Assembly: GCF_018977255.1 (NCBI RefSeq)
Contig: NW_024704743.1
Coordinates: 26,352,001-26,416,000 of the forward strand
DNA: 64,000 bases
Source: Callorhinchus milii
Taxonomy: Eukaryota
Reading direction: 5' to 3'
Below, piece by piece: positions 39,025 through 53,715 of this stretch. Every line of letters starts with the position of its first letter. The stretch's first letter is position 1. The translations under genes and the position numbers were made by a program. Under the pieces are notes generated by a model. The model saw only the letters and a list, made by a program, of their open reading frames with translations, was not told the DNA's origin and did not search any database.

Positions 39025-39300
39025 CAACAACAAAATTACATTGTAAAGTGCCTTGCATGTCGGGAGGACGTCCCAAGGCGCTGAACAAACAGAGCTTTGA
39101 ACCCGAGCTGGGGGTCGGGGAGGGTGGAGGGCAGGGGGGGGGAAGCAGGGAGATCGAAAGCACGGTCCAAGAGTAGGGTCTTGAGATGAGTCTTGAAGGT
39201 GGCGAGGGAGGGGACAAGGTGGGGGGTTATAGAATGGAGTTCCAGAGGGTGGGGGCAGAGTGGCAGAAGGCCTGCCTGCCAATAGTGGGGCGAGCGAGGC
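39025..39300 (-). mobile_element. L2-clade LINE 3' end
   Basis: Closely similar to 11082-11360. Confidence 0.88.
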
Positions 39301-39819
39301 AGATACTCACGAGTGTACAAAACAGGCTAGAGTGAATGACCAACATGAGTGGCAGTCACAGATAGATGCCTGTTTGCATTGCTGTGGATCACAAATGCAG
39401 GGAATGTTGATCATTCTGAGAATGTCTGTAAACAAGTGGATTGATTAGTTTTTTTTCAATTGATAGAAATTGAATACAGGTCCAACAGTTGGTCTGATTT
39501 GAAGAAAAAGTTTCTCTATTTCTAAAAATTGTTTTAAAAGTTTAACATGAGTTTTATTTCTTGCTTTCCTATTGTAAAGACATTGACTCTTGCTGAGTTC
39601 CACTTCCACAGGCACCAGCTACCTTGCTCAGTGGCTACAGAGCCCAGATAGTAACTGTCAACAGGTGAATTCAACCAACCTGATCCTGTCCTCTCACTGA
39701 AATCTGTACACTAGACTAAAAGTAACAGATGCTAATGGGGATACAAAACAGCCAAGAGTGAATGACCAATATTGTCTACAGGATTGATATCTGGGACACT
39801 GGGAGAAACTCCATTCTCT

Positions 39820-40410
39820 TTAATAATAATCCTTGCTTTTGGTATCACGCCTTATCACGTTCGAAAGGACGTCTCAAAGCACTTCACAGGCTTTGCTGTA
39901 AAGTGGTGTGCATTCTGTGGGTGAAGTGCGGTAGCACAATTGCGTACAGCAATGTCCCACAAGTGACAATGAAACAAACAACCAATTTTATTAGGAGGGA
40001 TTGTTGGCCATGACACCAGGAGAAATTCTCTTCTATTTTCGTGTAATGTCATGGGATCTTTAACATCCACCTGAACAGGCAGATGGGACCATGTTTTAAC
40101 ATCTCATCCAAAGGATGGCACCTCTAACAGTACAGCACTCCCCCAGAACTGCATTGGAGTGTCAACTTAGACCATGCAAGTTCAAGTCCTGATGAACCTA
40201 TAACCTTCTGACTCAGAATTGAGACAAGTGCTATGGTATCTTTAACATTCACCTGAACAGGCTTGAAGGATGTCACCTCTGCTAACATGATACTCTCCAG
40301 CAATGTATTGGAGTGCGTCTAACCTCGGAGCTTAAATTCCTCAGGAGAAGGGGAGGGCTTGAACCCACAACTGTGTGACTCAGAGGCAAGAGTACTACCA
40401 ACTGAGCCAG
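39820..40410 (-). mobile_element. DeuSINE-like copy with duplicated head/Deu segment
   Basis: atctttaacat.cacctgaacaggc occurs at ~40056 and ~40237, each followed by head sequence. Confidence 0.75.
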
Positions 40411-41059
40411 CTTGCAATGCCTTCCTGCAGGAGATACAGCATTGGGATAAGAGTCACATTTAGGTAGGTTTTCATAGCTGTTGAGAGAGTGAATTTAATG
40501 GACTCAATGTTTTTTTTCTTACGCTATGCTTTTCTTCACCCTCTTTAACCCAGTCATCAGACTATACAGTAAAATCCTGTGAAACACTTTGAGACTCTCA
40601 AGAACACCATAAGGTGCTATTTCAAATGCAGAGATTATTATATGAAAACATTTGTAGAATAACAATGCTCTTTATTGCATACATTACTGCTTTGATAATG
40701 ATAATAATAATCCTTGCATTTGATGTAGCACCTTATCATGTCTTCAAGACTCCACAAAGCATTTCACAGAATATACTGTAAAGTGAATTGACTATATATT
40801 TTGTGGGTAAAACGCGGCAGCCAATTGCGCACAGCAGTATTTTGATATTTTAAAAGAAAATAGGAAAGATTTAGTTTAAATCCATTCTAGTTGGTTTTAT
40901 AATTAGAAGTCTCATGTAGTTACCTAGAAGATTACCCCTTTCCCCCATCAATTTGGAGGGGAGCAAATTGATGGGAGAAAGGAGTAATCTCCTGAAGACA
41001 TTTTTTCCCTTCTACTGGGGTGGAGCTCCACAGTCAGCATCCAATAACTTGCCCAAATA

Positions 41060-41445
41060 ATACTAATCCTTGCATTTGATATAGCACCTTATCACATCTT
41101 TGAGGTGTCTCAAGACACTTCACAGAATGTAAAGTGAATTAATTTGTATATGTTGTGGGTGAAACGCAGCAGCTGATTGTGAACAGCAGTGTCCCCCAAA
41201 CAGTCGTGAATTGAGTGACCAAATTATTATTATTTTTATTTATTTATACATATATATTTTTTGAAGGGATTATTTCCCCTAGAAAAGCAATCCATCAATC
41301 GATTAAGAACCGGGTTCCTATTTACTTCGGTGTAAACAGAGGCATGTGGAAACTTGCCTAATGTTTTGCCGTACCAGGGAATCAAACCCAGGTCCTCTCG
41401 ATTGTGAGACAAGTGCTCTCACCAATATGTTACAAGACTTCCATG
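41060..41445 (-). mobile_element. tRNA-derived SINE family A, long subfamily
   Basis: Includes the aaccgggttcctatttact...gtaaacagaggcatgtgga segment and head. Confidence 0.82.
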
Positions 41446-41669
41446 GCCTTCATTAACACTAAGCCTTGACAGCGATAAAAATTGAACTTGGGATCTTCCT
41501 GGTCTGTATGGCTCGATGTATACCATCAACAACTCTCTGAAGAACGGTGTTCTCCTCATCTACAAAGTCAAGGTCTGTCTGGAATATGAGAAACGATTGT
41601 TATGGAAAGAGCCTTGAGGCTTATCCACAATTTACCATTATAATTATAGTGGCAGTAACCTTCAATATC

Positions 41670-41890
41670 AAATGCAAAATTACAAAGTCATGGGTTTGGA
41701 CTCGTTCAAGGTGGAGGGAGGAGGTTGGTAACAGAGAGGGTTGGAGGGTGGCCGAAGGCGTGGTCGAAGACAAGGGTCTTGAGACATGCCTTGAAGGAGG
41801 CAAAGGAGGGAGTGAGACAAAGGGAATGTGGGATGGAGTTCCAAAGAATGGGGGCCAAAGAGGCTGAATACCCAACCGCTGATGGAACTA
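41670..41890 (-). mobile_element. L2-clade LINE 3' fragment
   Basis: gggtcttgagacatgccttgaagg...gatggagttccaaag, similar to other L2 ends. Confidence 0.7.
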
Positions 41891-44800
41891 TAATTCAACT
41901 GCTCATGTAAAATTGCCCTCAACTCAAGTAGGGAATATATAGTTAAAAAAATGGTCACTCAATCCACTATTCAAAAAGAGAAGGCAATTTCCTGGCCAAC
42001 AATCCCCCAAAATAAACATCATTCACTTCATGGCTGTTTATGGGACACTGCTGTGCGCAATTGGCTGCTGTGTTGAACCGACAAAATACACAATCAATCC
42101 ACTTTACAATATATCAAATGCAAGGATTATTATCAGTTTGCTTTCACTTCCATGGCCCGTGTTTATAATACCAATATAATTTTAACGTTATGTATTACTA
42201 GAAGGAAATATAAATTGAAACCTTCACTTTAATCATTTGCCAAACATTATTTGAGGAGAACTGAAAGAAGGAAAACTGAAAAGCTCTGTAAGACAGTAAT
42301 TACAAGTTACTAATTGTTTTTAAATACATCCTTGGTCTTTGGTAAGTTTTGATTATAGTTGAAGCTCAGGTATTAATCTACCAAGGCCAAGGACTTGAAA
42401 ATCAATCAATAACTTGTACTTCCTGTCAAAACCTTAATAACTAAATAGGTTTGTAGATATATGTCATAGTCCAGTCCACTTAGATAACTTGCTGACAGGG
42501 CAAATATATTTGAAGGTAAACACAGCAGCCAATTTGTGCACAGCAATGTACCACAAATAGTCATGAAACGAGTAAGCAATTTTATCTAGGGATGGTTTAT
42601 TACAAGTACCATTTTCGTTAAATCACTTCCCACCTCAATAAGAACATCGTTTACATTCAGAATAATTAAGTTAATTACTTTTAATTTTTGAAATCTGTTA
42701 TTATTTTTCCTGCATGGCTGTACAATTATAGATATGTTAAAACCACAGAGAGGAATTCCTCAAACAGAAATGACTTGCTGTGGGAAAAGATGCAGGGGAT
42801 TGAAAAGGTGTTTCTCAGGAGAGGAAATCTAGGTCTCAGCTGGGAACCCCCTGTGTACGTCATGCTGACTTGTGAGACCTCGGTTCTATGGTAATCTTGG
42901 ATCTTGTGAGTTGGCATGAGGTACCCGTGGGCTATTATACTGCAGTGATAAGCAGCAGCTAGTTTTAACATTGGTGCTAGGAAGCAACTCAGAATGCTAC
43001 GCACAGTGTTGCCCATGTCTGGCATGTTCACAAGTTGATTTGCCCTCTAGCTATTCATTGTAATGAGTCTGAATCTTTAATGTGCTGGATTTTAAAATTA
43101 TTTTTGTCAGTTGATCTTGCAATTTTNAAAAAAAGTCTAAATCACACAACTTTATTCTGTATCATAATATTAGTACATTTAATAATAATACTACTACTTG
43201 CATTTGATATAAGGCTTTATCATGTTTGCGAGACATCTTAAAGCGCTTCACAGAATATACTGTGAAGCAAAATGACTATTTTGTGGATGATATTTATTTA
43301 AAAGAAATATTTTCAATTCCTATCTTTAACTGCAGGAGACAATTTATTTCACAAAGGGCTTCCTAAAGAGTGCTTTCTCGACCCCACGATAGTCACTGTG
43401 TCTGAGTGCAGACTCTTCTAATAAATCTGCTTGGGTGAAACACTCAAGCTGATGCCTGTTGCAAGGTTTGCTACAGTTCTTCCCATATCTTCCTAATGCA
43501 ATGGGTACATCAACCTCTATTAGCAGAGTTGGCTTCAGGGTTGCTAGAGGCAGAGTTTACCTATGCTCCTTTAGTGAGTGAAATGCTTCTAAAACAACAA
43601 TAATTTGTAGAGTGTTTTCTTTCTCACTGATTAGTGCGGGAAAGCTGAGGCTTTGTTAACACCCACAACGTATAGTTGATGCAAAAAAAGACTCATTTGA
43701 GAGGAAAGTAAACCCACAAAGTGAAAAAGAGTCAACATGAAACAAAGAACTGAAAGTATATTGCATGCCAATTCAGATGAGCATCTGAAGAGGTTAAAGG
43801 AAGTGAGAAGAGGGTTAATACAATAGTCAATGTAAAGGTTATACTGTAATACCACAGTAATTCACCAGATGGTGCCCCAGGCAGCTAGTGCAGAGCTTAG
43901 ACAGTTATTTTATTCCACTTGTTTGCTCAATAAAGTTTAGTATAGGTTGAGTTATACTACTACCACCACCACTACTATTTATAATAATCCCTGCATTTGA
44001 TATAGCACCTAAACAAGACGTCTCAAAGCGCTTCACAGAATATACTGTAAAGTGAATCGACTATATTTTGTGGGCTAATCTACCTACTGGATCCTCACAA
44101 GAAGAGGTTTGGTTGAAGAAAATGCTCTTTGGTTTATTTGACCCTCATTCCTTCCAATATATCAACATCTTCCCCTTGCTATCCAAATCTATTATTATTG
44201 TTGTTGTTGAATTGAGAGCATCGGTTTGCTGACTGACGCCACCCTTCACTTTCTTGGATGATCCAGAGATGAGAGAAAAAATTGTTTTAAAGACTTGAGA
44301 AGATTAAAAAAAAGTTTTACATTTATTTTTAATTCCCCTTTTCCCTTGAGCCTCGAGGTTATGTGCTGGCAGCTTATGCGACTGTGAGGATTATTATAGT
44401 CAAGTCCAATCCTGCGGTCACACAATGTCAACACATGCACTTTCCACCAGTGCCTCTGGATGGCAGTTAAAGACAGGAACCCTCATTGATATTTCCATAT
44501 CCTAATCCATGAAGAGGCCAATTGCAGCTCCTGGTTGAGATCAAATAATTAAGCACAGATCAGGTTTAAACATGGGACTTCCTTCTCCACAGCTGTTTCA
44601 CACAAGCAGTTGCTTTAATTGGATAAGACTGTTTGGAAATTATTTATTCGCTGTTCATTGTGACAAATTTCCTGCTAACTGAAAACATGTTCTACTCATT
44701 CATCGCTTGAGTAAAGAAGGGAAATATACAGTATTTGCTACAGGCTGTCATTAGCCGAATCACTTGTTCAGGTCCTGTGACTGCTCAGGTCCTGTGAGTG

Positions 44801-46064
44801 AGGCATTCTTTGCTGCAAAAGTGAATATCATTGCTAACAGTATCCCGTCATATTGCTCAGCTCTGACTGTACGTCACACTCAACAGAGCCGAAGCTCTCG
44901 TCCACGCCTTCGTCAACTCCCGTCTTGACTATTCGACTGCCCTCATTGCCGGTCTTTGCAACTCTCTCACTCAGTCCCCTGGCTTGCCTTCTTCTTCCCC
45001 ATTTTCAGATCATGCCTGAAGACCTTCCTCTTCCACCATACTTAAGGTCACATTCCCCCTCCTTCCAGCTCGATGTTAGGTTCCGCACTGTTAAGGCACT
45101 TTGAGAAAGTACCCCGTGTGAAGGACAGTATATGAATTCATGTTGTTGTTGTTCCAGCCAGCCTGTCCAATGCATTGGTAATCTACTGATATCTGTCAGT
45201 CTTCCAAAATTGTTTCAAGTGTGTGATGTAGTGATTGATAGAGTTGCCGGCGTGCTTTGCATAATATCTGAATGCAGAAATCTATTCAAATTCCATTCCC
45301 CCTTTCGTAATGCTTCTGATGTTAATAGTTTTGAAGCCATTTTAAATTGCTGGTGCTTCTTTTCCTATCCTTGCAAACTTCAATTTAGTTGAAATTGAAA
45401 GCAATGGGAATGAGACCTGCTGTTTTACATTGCATGATGAGTTTACAGTCTAGGGTGATTACTTTTAGGCATGTCCCCATCAATTTGATGGCACTTTCAT
45501 CTCCTCAGAGGAGACTGCAGTATTGATCTTGCTTGTTTGAGTCACTGGTGCATTGGAAGCACACAAGACTGCTTGATGTGAACGGTCTCATAAAAAGTAT
45601 TAGATAGATGTTTTGAAAACGAGAAATATTAAAGGATATGTGGAGCGATCAGGAGAATGGGATTGATGGGCTAAATGGCCAGTTTCTGTAGTCATTTTTC
45701 TTTCAATGTTCCTTCTCTGAAGGCATATGGTTCAAAGTCACCATTGGTCATAGTAAGCACTTTGGAATTTGCTCCAAATGAATGCTCTTATCCAGCTTGG
45801 ATAAGTTTGAATGCTCTTATCAGTGGATACTGATGTGGATTCCAGTCTTCTGTGTTCAGGGAAATGGGAAATCCTAATGAACTAGTTTGAGATTAAGGAT
45901 CACTTAATTAGCTGGATGAGACATGAAACTTTTATACTCATCAATGTATCACTCTATTGCAAATAGAGGAGGGAATGCTTACAGAACCAATTCCCTTAAA
46001 GCAGTTTTCGGCAACCTTTATGGTCAGAGAATTAATACATTTTTCTTTATTGATTTTTTCTTTT

Positions 46065-46448
46065 ATAATAATGATCTTTGCATTTGACATAGTGCCTTAT
46101 TGCATCATTGAGACATCTCAAAGTGCTTCTCAGACTATACTGTGAAGTGAATTGACTGTGGATTTTGGTGGGCAAAGTGCAGCTGAGAATTGCGCATAGC
46201 AGTGTCCCGCAAACAGTCGCAGATTGATTGACAAAATTACCAAATTATTTTATTTATCTATTCTTTTGAAGGGATTATTACTCTCAAAAGTGATCTGCCA
46301 ATCGAATAACAACCGGTTCCTATTTACTGCTAGGTAAACAGAGATTTGGAGTAAGGAAGTTTGCCTAAGATTTCGCCCTGATCAGAAATCAAACTCGGGT
46401 CCTCTCACTTGTGAGGTGAGTGCTCTAGCCAATACGTTATAGGACTAC
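46065..46448 (-). mobile_element. tRNA-derived SINE family A, long subfamily
   Basis: Tail, central block and head all recognisable. Confidence 0.82.
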
Positions 46449-46799
46449 TTTTATGGCTGTGCCAAGGGTATCATAGCTCTGTAGCTACTGGAACTTTGGC
46501 TGTACTTGCCTGGACTGGTGCAGGTGTTTGGCGAACCACTTCTTGACTCTCTAAGATCATGATTGACCAGTTGAGATCCCTGTCTTAAAGGAAGAACATG
46601 GAAACTTTTGTTCCTAATTCCATTATAGACAACACAGGGACTACATCAGGAGTAATCTCATCACAGCTATCCCATGAAAGACAAGCAATTGCCAAGTTAA
46701 ACACCATCCACTTGTGCCTTGAACATCAACAATTATTGTAATGCAATAATAGGGAAACATACAACAGAGTAGATAGGGAACTTACTCTGGGTCAGATGG

Positions 46800-47205
46800 C
46801 AACACTCACACTTCTGGTTCAGAAAGTTATTGGGTTCCAGCACTATGTTTGGAAACTGATGTTAAAGTGGAGGCTAACATTCCAGTGCGATTCTGGGGAA
46901 ATCATTGTTGCATGTGCTTTCCTTTGGATGCAACACGAAATTGAGGTCCCACCTGCCTGTTTTTCAGATGGATATTAAAAATCCTATGGTCATTCAGAAA
47001 GAGAAGGGTCCTTTTGTATCCTAGTCAACAATCCTCCAGATAAAATGATCATATACCTCAATACAATACGTGGAACCTTGCTAGCACAATTGGCTGCCTG
47101 ATTTGCCTATGATAAAAACTATCACTTCACATGACAGTGAATACTTGCAAAGCACTTTGAGATGTTTCAATGTGACATCGTGCCATGAAAATGCTAGTTG
47201 TTTCT
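46800..47205 (+). mobile_element. DeuSINE-like copy (old)
   Basis: tcagaaagttattgggttc...gaggtcccacctgcctg...cagatggatattaaaaatcctatgg, then shared tail. Confidence 0.65.
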
Positions 47206-49813
47206 TCAAACATAGAAATAAAAGTAATAGATTTCAAGCATGGTGAAATGATTGCATTTACGTATTGTGTTCCGATCTAGGCATCCAACCTTAGAAGATT
47301 TGTTGTAGATACATTGCACACTGTACCGTGATTTGGGATTTGGTTAGTATGGAAAGATTTTCCTGTGATTTGGCCAAACCTAGATTCTACTCCAAGTCCA
47401 GAAACACTGTTCAATAAATAGCCTATTTTATGGACCTGATGCAAAAGAATATAAGTAAACCTAAACTGAGAAAAGCCCATCAAGTCTGTTTCCTATACAC
47501 CTCATGTGTGACCACCTTGTTATTGCATTCTATCACTTCGCACTCCCCCACATTGTTCTTCTATCTTGAAAGTTCCTTTACTCTCCTCCTAACCTACATA
47601 ATAATTGAGCAAAGCTATCACTATCCCAGCAACTCAGTTCCCTTTAAAACAGATATTGATCCATCCTTTAAAGGCTTTGCTTGACTCAGAATTAATTTGC
47701 TGATCTGTACTGAAGTGAACGGAATAAGAACAGACTGAACAGAAACTTTCACAGCTTAAAACAAGGATCACACACTTTAAGTATCAAGAGTATTTTGATC
47801 TCAAGAGTCTGGTTCCTGAGCCAGGCAGGTCCACAGTACTCAAAGGCACTGCTGATGACAGTCAGCCAGTGAGCCTGCACATTGGTAGCACTTAGAGGCG
47901 TAGTCTGGTCACTGCGGGTTGGTATCTTTCTCACTCCGCTCCTGTTAACTACAAGTCAAAGCAATAGAGGTTAGGGGGTGATGCTTGCCAAACAGTGCTT
48001 TCAATGGCATGCTATGCGTTTTTAGTTGGCTTGTTTCTTGCCAACCTATGCCTAAATCTCTCCAGAACTAGGTAAAAGGTAACTTTTCTCATGGGGAGAG
48101 AGTATCTATTCTATTCCAGAAACAGAGAAATTTCCATGCGTACGTGGCTTACGTATGTGAAATTCTGGTTTGGGTATTCTTAAGCACGGTGACGGTTTTC
48201 CCCGTTTGTCAGACCCCCACTGACCAAAAATATATTTTTTAACAGGACTGGAAATAGAAAATTGAATAAGTTGACATAGCCATGTGAGGTATCAAACAAC
48301 ATCCTTCTATAACTACATTTATTGTTTTTCTCATAAATAAATCTTTAATTTAAAACTCACTCATTAAATTCATAATTTTTCACTGTGATGCTCTGCTGGA
48401 GTTTTTTAATGTAAATAAATGCTCAGAGAACTGGATAGCATGGAATAAACTTATTAGCATCCTTGGCAAAACAAATGCAAAAGAGTGTGATAATGACATG
48501 CTGGAATCACATGGGTCCTTAACATGTCTGATTGACTCGACTCTTCCAGTAAATTCATAAATTCTTAATTTACAGTGGAACGGATTGCTTGTTCTTCAAG
48601 CCAAGATTCACTAACTACCAACTGAACCCTTTGAGGATTGATAAATCTAGCCAAATATCTTTGGGCAGAATATTATTCCATCTTAAAAGTTTGACAGAAA
48701 TGAGTATTTGTAGCTGGGGAGGGGGTGTTCTGAAGAATGAGCTGTTATGCCCAAGTATTCTTTTCCAAATGTATTGATGTTTCAGAATTGTTAAATGAAA
48801 GTTGAATTGATCAGTAAGAGAGATGGTGGTGCTTGTGCCCATGAACAAACCAGTTAAAGTTAGCTTTCAAACTAAAATAAACATTTTATTCATGCATATA
48901 TCGAAACAAACCATCACCAAATGAATAATAGCCTAAGTCAAAGACCACACTGTACTTGTGTGGTCAGAGAACGATGGTACTGGGGAAACTGGAAAGTTGG
49001 CAAGTAATCAAAAGTGATAAATATCATTGAATTGAATGTAGCTGTAAGTAAACCTGCCCATGGCTGGAACTCAGCAGATACAGGCTTTATCATCTTATGA
49101 ATCATCCAGCAATTTTGGAGTCAATTGGAGTTAAAGTTTTGGCTCCAAAATATTTTCCAAGGGTTCCCCAGTGGCTTGAGCTCAAAACTTGACTGATCGC
49201 CCAATGCATTACGTGACTGCTTTTCACAGCATCAGCCATTAATTCGCTTGTCAATTCTTGTTTGACTCAAAAGAAAAGCGAGAGTTGTCAGAGAGATCAA
49301 CACTTCATCATTAACTGCAGAGGAGCTCAGCTCCTGCAATTTCATTTCAGGGATTTGGAACTGATCCAATAATTCTCGGTTCGGTTCTTGCTCCCAGAAT
49401 GATCTCTGTGGTTCTCTTTGGCCACCGTAGAAAATGTTGGAGCTAATACAGTAGTTAGGCAAAAGCTATTCAGAGAGAGAGAAAGAGTGAGACGTTTCAG
49501 CAGTTTTTGAATTAGTGATTTGTGATATAAAGGAACAGTTACTCAATGCTTTTTGAGATTGGATAAAGACAGCAATATGACCCATATAAAACAGTCAACT
49601 ATCCGCAAGACAATGAACGTTAAACTACAGATGTAAACATGCGTGATTTTCCATTCTATTTACATACATTTCAGACTATTGAAGAAGCTCTATATTAATC
49701 ATGCATTACCAACCCACTCTTGACAATAAATCTCTTAAACTTTTGCCCTTTCAGTATGTTTTCACTATCTTCTAAATATTCCAAGAACACGTGCATTTAA
49801 ACAATCCATCTTT

Positions 49814-49985
49814 TAATAATAATAATAATAATAATAATCCTTGCATTTGATATAGCGCTTTTCACGTCGGGAGGACGTCCCAAAGCGCTTCACAGAACAC
49901 ACTGTAAAGTGAATTGACTGTATATTTGTGGGCGAACGCGGCAGCCAATTGCGCACAGCAATGTCCCACAAACAGTCGTAGATTT
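49814..49985 (-). mobile_element. SINE family A 3' fragment, recent, with (TAA)n tail
   Basis: Nearly identical to 7936-8095. Confidence 0.88.
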
Positions 49986-50424
49986 ATTTGTTAATATTAT
50001 CTGAATTCACAATTATTTTGAATTTGTATTCAAGTCATAATCATTGTTAAATTTTGCCATTGGGCTATACAAGTATGCACTAAAAATCTTATTTTATCAT
50101 ATCCTGGTAACATACAATGACTGGCAAACACTATTTTATTCAGCAGGAGACCGACTTGCTTCCTCTCCAGTTATCATTAGTATTCGGATGGCATAATGTC
50201 TTCTTTTATGTTTCACTGGGTACAGCAGGGAATGCGGTCCAAGTAAATGAAATCCAAATGAAATCTGTGAGAGAGCACCAGCCACACTGAGGTGTAAAAA
50301 CATATAGGGCTCCTCACCATAGATCAAATGGAATGACTGTTTTGTACTTGTTGCTAAAATCTCGGATATCTGGATTTAGGGTAATCGTATGGGGAGCCAA
50401 CTTGAGATGGGAGAAGCTATTGTG

Positions 50425-50805
50425 ACATCCTGTAGGGTATTGGTTAGAGCGCTTGGCTCGCAAGCGAGAGGATTGCGTGAGTTCAATTGCCAGGCAGGGC
50501 AAAACTTTAGGAAAATTTTCCGTACTCCACATGCCTCTGTTTACCAAGCAGTAACTAGGAACCTGGTTGTAAGTCGATTGGCGCATCACTTTCTGGAGAC
50601 TCTGGGAAGCCCTTCAAAATTTGTTTTAAAAAATGTGGTCACTCAATCCATGACTGTTTCTGGGACACTGCTGTGTGCGATTGGCTGCCTTGTTTCACCC
50701 AGAAAATAAACAGTCAATTCATTTTGCAGTATATTCTGTGAAGCGCTTTGAGATGTCTCGACGACGTGATAAGGGAGCAAATCAAATGCGAGGATTATTA
50801 TTATT
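50425..50805 (+). mobile_element. tRNA-derived SINE family A, long subfamily
   Basis: tcctgtag...tggttagagcgc...gagttcaattgccaggcaggg head; tail ends atcaaatgcgaggattattatta. Confidence 0.82.
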
Positions 50806-50879
50806 GAATGGAGTGACATGACTGGGTACCTTTGTTCCATGTTCCTACCACATGACAACGACCAGAATTTGCACACTCA

Positions 50880-51245
50880 GTACAGAGTAGTTAAATTTAC
50901 AGATTACACCAAGCTTGGGGAGGGGAGAGAAGGGAAATTGTAATAAAGGTAGTCAACCAAGATGATACAAAGAGAACTTAATAAAGTGTGCATATGGGCT
51001 ACTCACTCCAAATGAAGGTCAATATAGACAAAATAGATAGAACTATGATTAGACAAGCTAGGATTCTTCAGTCTTTATAGAAGATGACTCAGAGGGATAC
51101 TCATTTGACTTGCACAAGATTTTACTTTGAAATGAGAAAATAAACCCAGAACAATACTTTAAGATGTCTCAACGCTAGAACAAGAGGACATAGGTTTTGA
51201 GTTCTAAAGGGCAATTTCAGGGCAGAGACCAGAAAGTCTTTCCTT
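50880..51245 (+). mobile_element. CR1-clade LINE fragments
   Basis: aaatttacagattacaccaagcttggg (KFADDTKLG relic); agaagatgactcagaggg; aagggcaatttcagg as in 18215-18720. Confidence 0.7.
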
Positions 51246-51974
51246 TAGTTTTGGTAAAACACAGCTTGATGTAGTCATGGGGGATCGTGGGTTGGTGATT
51301 AAGTGCTCCGAGACACTACTCCGAGTGAAGGATGCCATATAAATGTAAGTTGTTGTTGTTGGTCTCGGGGGGTTGCGATTGGATGAGCCAAAGGGCTTTC
51401 TTCATCCAGATCAATTCTGTGAAGTATATTGGTAGCAAAAATAAGAGACACACGTACTCCATGAATGAATGGAACCTGCCAAGGGGAAAGCTGAAAGAAA
51501 GCAAAGGGTCTTAGTTGACTCATCGCTCACCATGTCCAAATATTATGAAGTTGCACAAAACAAATTGAACGAGATGTTGGACTTCAATACCAAATCCTTG
51601 ATGTGTTTGTCATTGATTCACAAAATTGTATCGGGAGAGTTGGCACAGCACAGAGCAGGATAACTTCCTGTTACAAATGCAATTTTGTTGTTGTTATCTT
51701 TAAAGTTTCTATAAAGAACAAGGAATATTAATATATTTCAATCCATAGTGTTTATCAATATTAATATTAATAAGAAAATATTATCCTACCCCTCCCCATT
51801 AAGTGAAGATATAGATACAACCTACAAATCAGTGTTCAATATTTAGTAGCATATATTATGAACAACTTGAGCCTTTTCCTCACTGACAGAATCCAGCATG
51901 TCTGTGTCTTCAGCGAATGATGATAAGTGTACTGAAAGATTAATGGATAACCATTATGCCTTTATTAAGAAAAA

Positions 51975-52445
51975 AATTTGCATTATATAGCACTTCATCA
52001 TGTCAAAACACCCCAAAGTGCTTTACAGACAGTAATTACCATCAAATGTAGGCAAACACGGCAGCCATTTGCACACAATGAAACAAACAACCATGAGGTG
52101 AATGAACAATTTTTCTGGAGGACTGTTGACCTGGAGATGAAAGAAACTCCCCTCTCTTTCTGAATATTGTTAAAGGATCTTTAATGCCATCTGAAGAACA
52201 GGCTGATAAGTGGATCTTTAATTTGAAGTCTCACCCAAAGATTAGGAACAACAACAATTTGCATTTATATGCGCCCCTCATGCAGGGTAGCGTCCCAGAG
52301 CGTATGGCACCTCTGACAATGCAGAACTCCCTGTGTACTGCATTGAAGTGTCGGGCACAAATGTGAGCTCACAGTCCAAATGAGGGACTTGAACCCACAA
52401 AGATGTGACCCAGAGTCAAGAGTGGTATCAACTGAGCCAGGCTGA
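51975..52445 (-). mobile_element. DeuSINE-like copy
   Basis: tggcacctctgacaatgcag...gggacttgaacccacaa...agagtggtatcaactgagccaggctga. Confidence 0.72.
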
Positions 52446-53499
52446 AACCAAACGATAATGTGTAGTCAATTACTATGCAATACCAGAGGAAGTATATCTT
52501 GTAATAAATTTTTATATGACATTTAATCATTGAATGCATCTTTAGGATCAAGTGTAGAAAAATATCTCTGGAACTGGATCAAAGTTCCTGAACACTGTAC
52601 AGAGTAATCATATCTTTCAAAGAACAACTCGCATTGATCTTGTCTATTTTTAATAGGAACAGGATGTTTTCTTTCATGTTTGATAATAATTAACAACACT
52701 TTGACAACTGCAGCAGGGAACCTAGCTGCTGTTATCTTCTCTCCCACTGAAAGAAGTAGGAGAGCCAATCCACACATAGACCTCATACTGCCGAAAACAC
52801 AGTGCAGATTCCCAGATAAGGTGCCTTCTCATCTTCACTTTGTTTTTCGCTCATGGGAAAGTGCTGAAGAATAATAATAATCTTTGCTTTTGATATAGCG
52901 CCTTATCATGTCTTGAGACGTCTCAAAGCACTTCACAGATTGTACTGTAAAGTGAGTTGACTATATATTTTGTGGATGAAACGCAGCACCCAATTACGCT
53001 CAACAGCATCCCACAACCAGTCGTGGATTGAATGACCAAATTATTGTGTAATGTGTGGTGATTCAAAAGGATCACAAGAGTTAAGCCAGCTAAACACTCC
53101 ACACTTTTATTTTTGGTCAGCTGGAAGGCTGGCACCTGCAGGAACCCCAGCCAAACTAGAAAATCTCCAATCGCATTTGCTGAGAACTTGTTAAAGCACA
53201 GTTTGAACCTGCTGTAACCACAAAGTTGTCTATATGACACAATGGCAAACTTCCTGCTGCTTGTCCAGGTGCAAACTCCTGGATTGATCAGACCCTAAAC
53301 CAACACCATTATGGATAGATACATAGAAAAAAAAGCACAGATAAAAGTCCAAATGCCCATCAAGTCTACTTTTGGTTTGCAGTTGTCAGGAGATGAGAGG
53401 GAAGAATCTATTGGCGAGTTCACTCTTTCAAGAACATTGACTCAGTTCCACTGCTCTATAGGCACATCACAATGGAATTAACTTTATCCCAAAGAGAGT

Positions 53500-53715
53500 C
53501 CATTTATGATTAGAGAAGCTAGGGCTTTTCAGTCTTGAGAGAAGATTACTCAGAGAGGATCTTGTTGAGATGATAACATTTTAAATGGGATTGAAAAAGT
53601 AACCCCTGATCAATAGTTCAGGATGGAACATGATAGCAGAACAAGAAGAAATAGGTTTAGAGTTGTAGATAGTAATTTTAGGATAGATACCAAGAAGTTT
53701 TTCTTTACTCAGAAA
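53500..53715 (+). mobile_element. CR1-clade LINE 3' fragment
   Basis: LEKLGLFSLERRLLREDLVE on + strand. Confidence 0.72.

Noticed and set aside
49232..49462. 76-aa minus-strand ORF in a repeat-free patch
   Set aside because: Non-ATG start, no recognisable homology, no partner exons.
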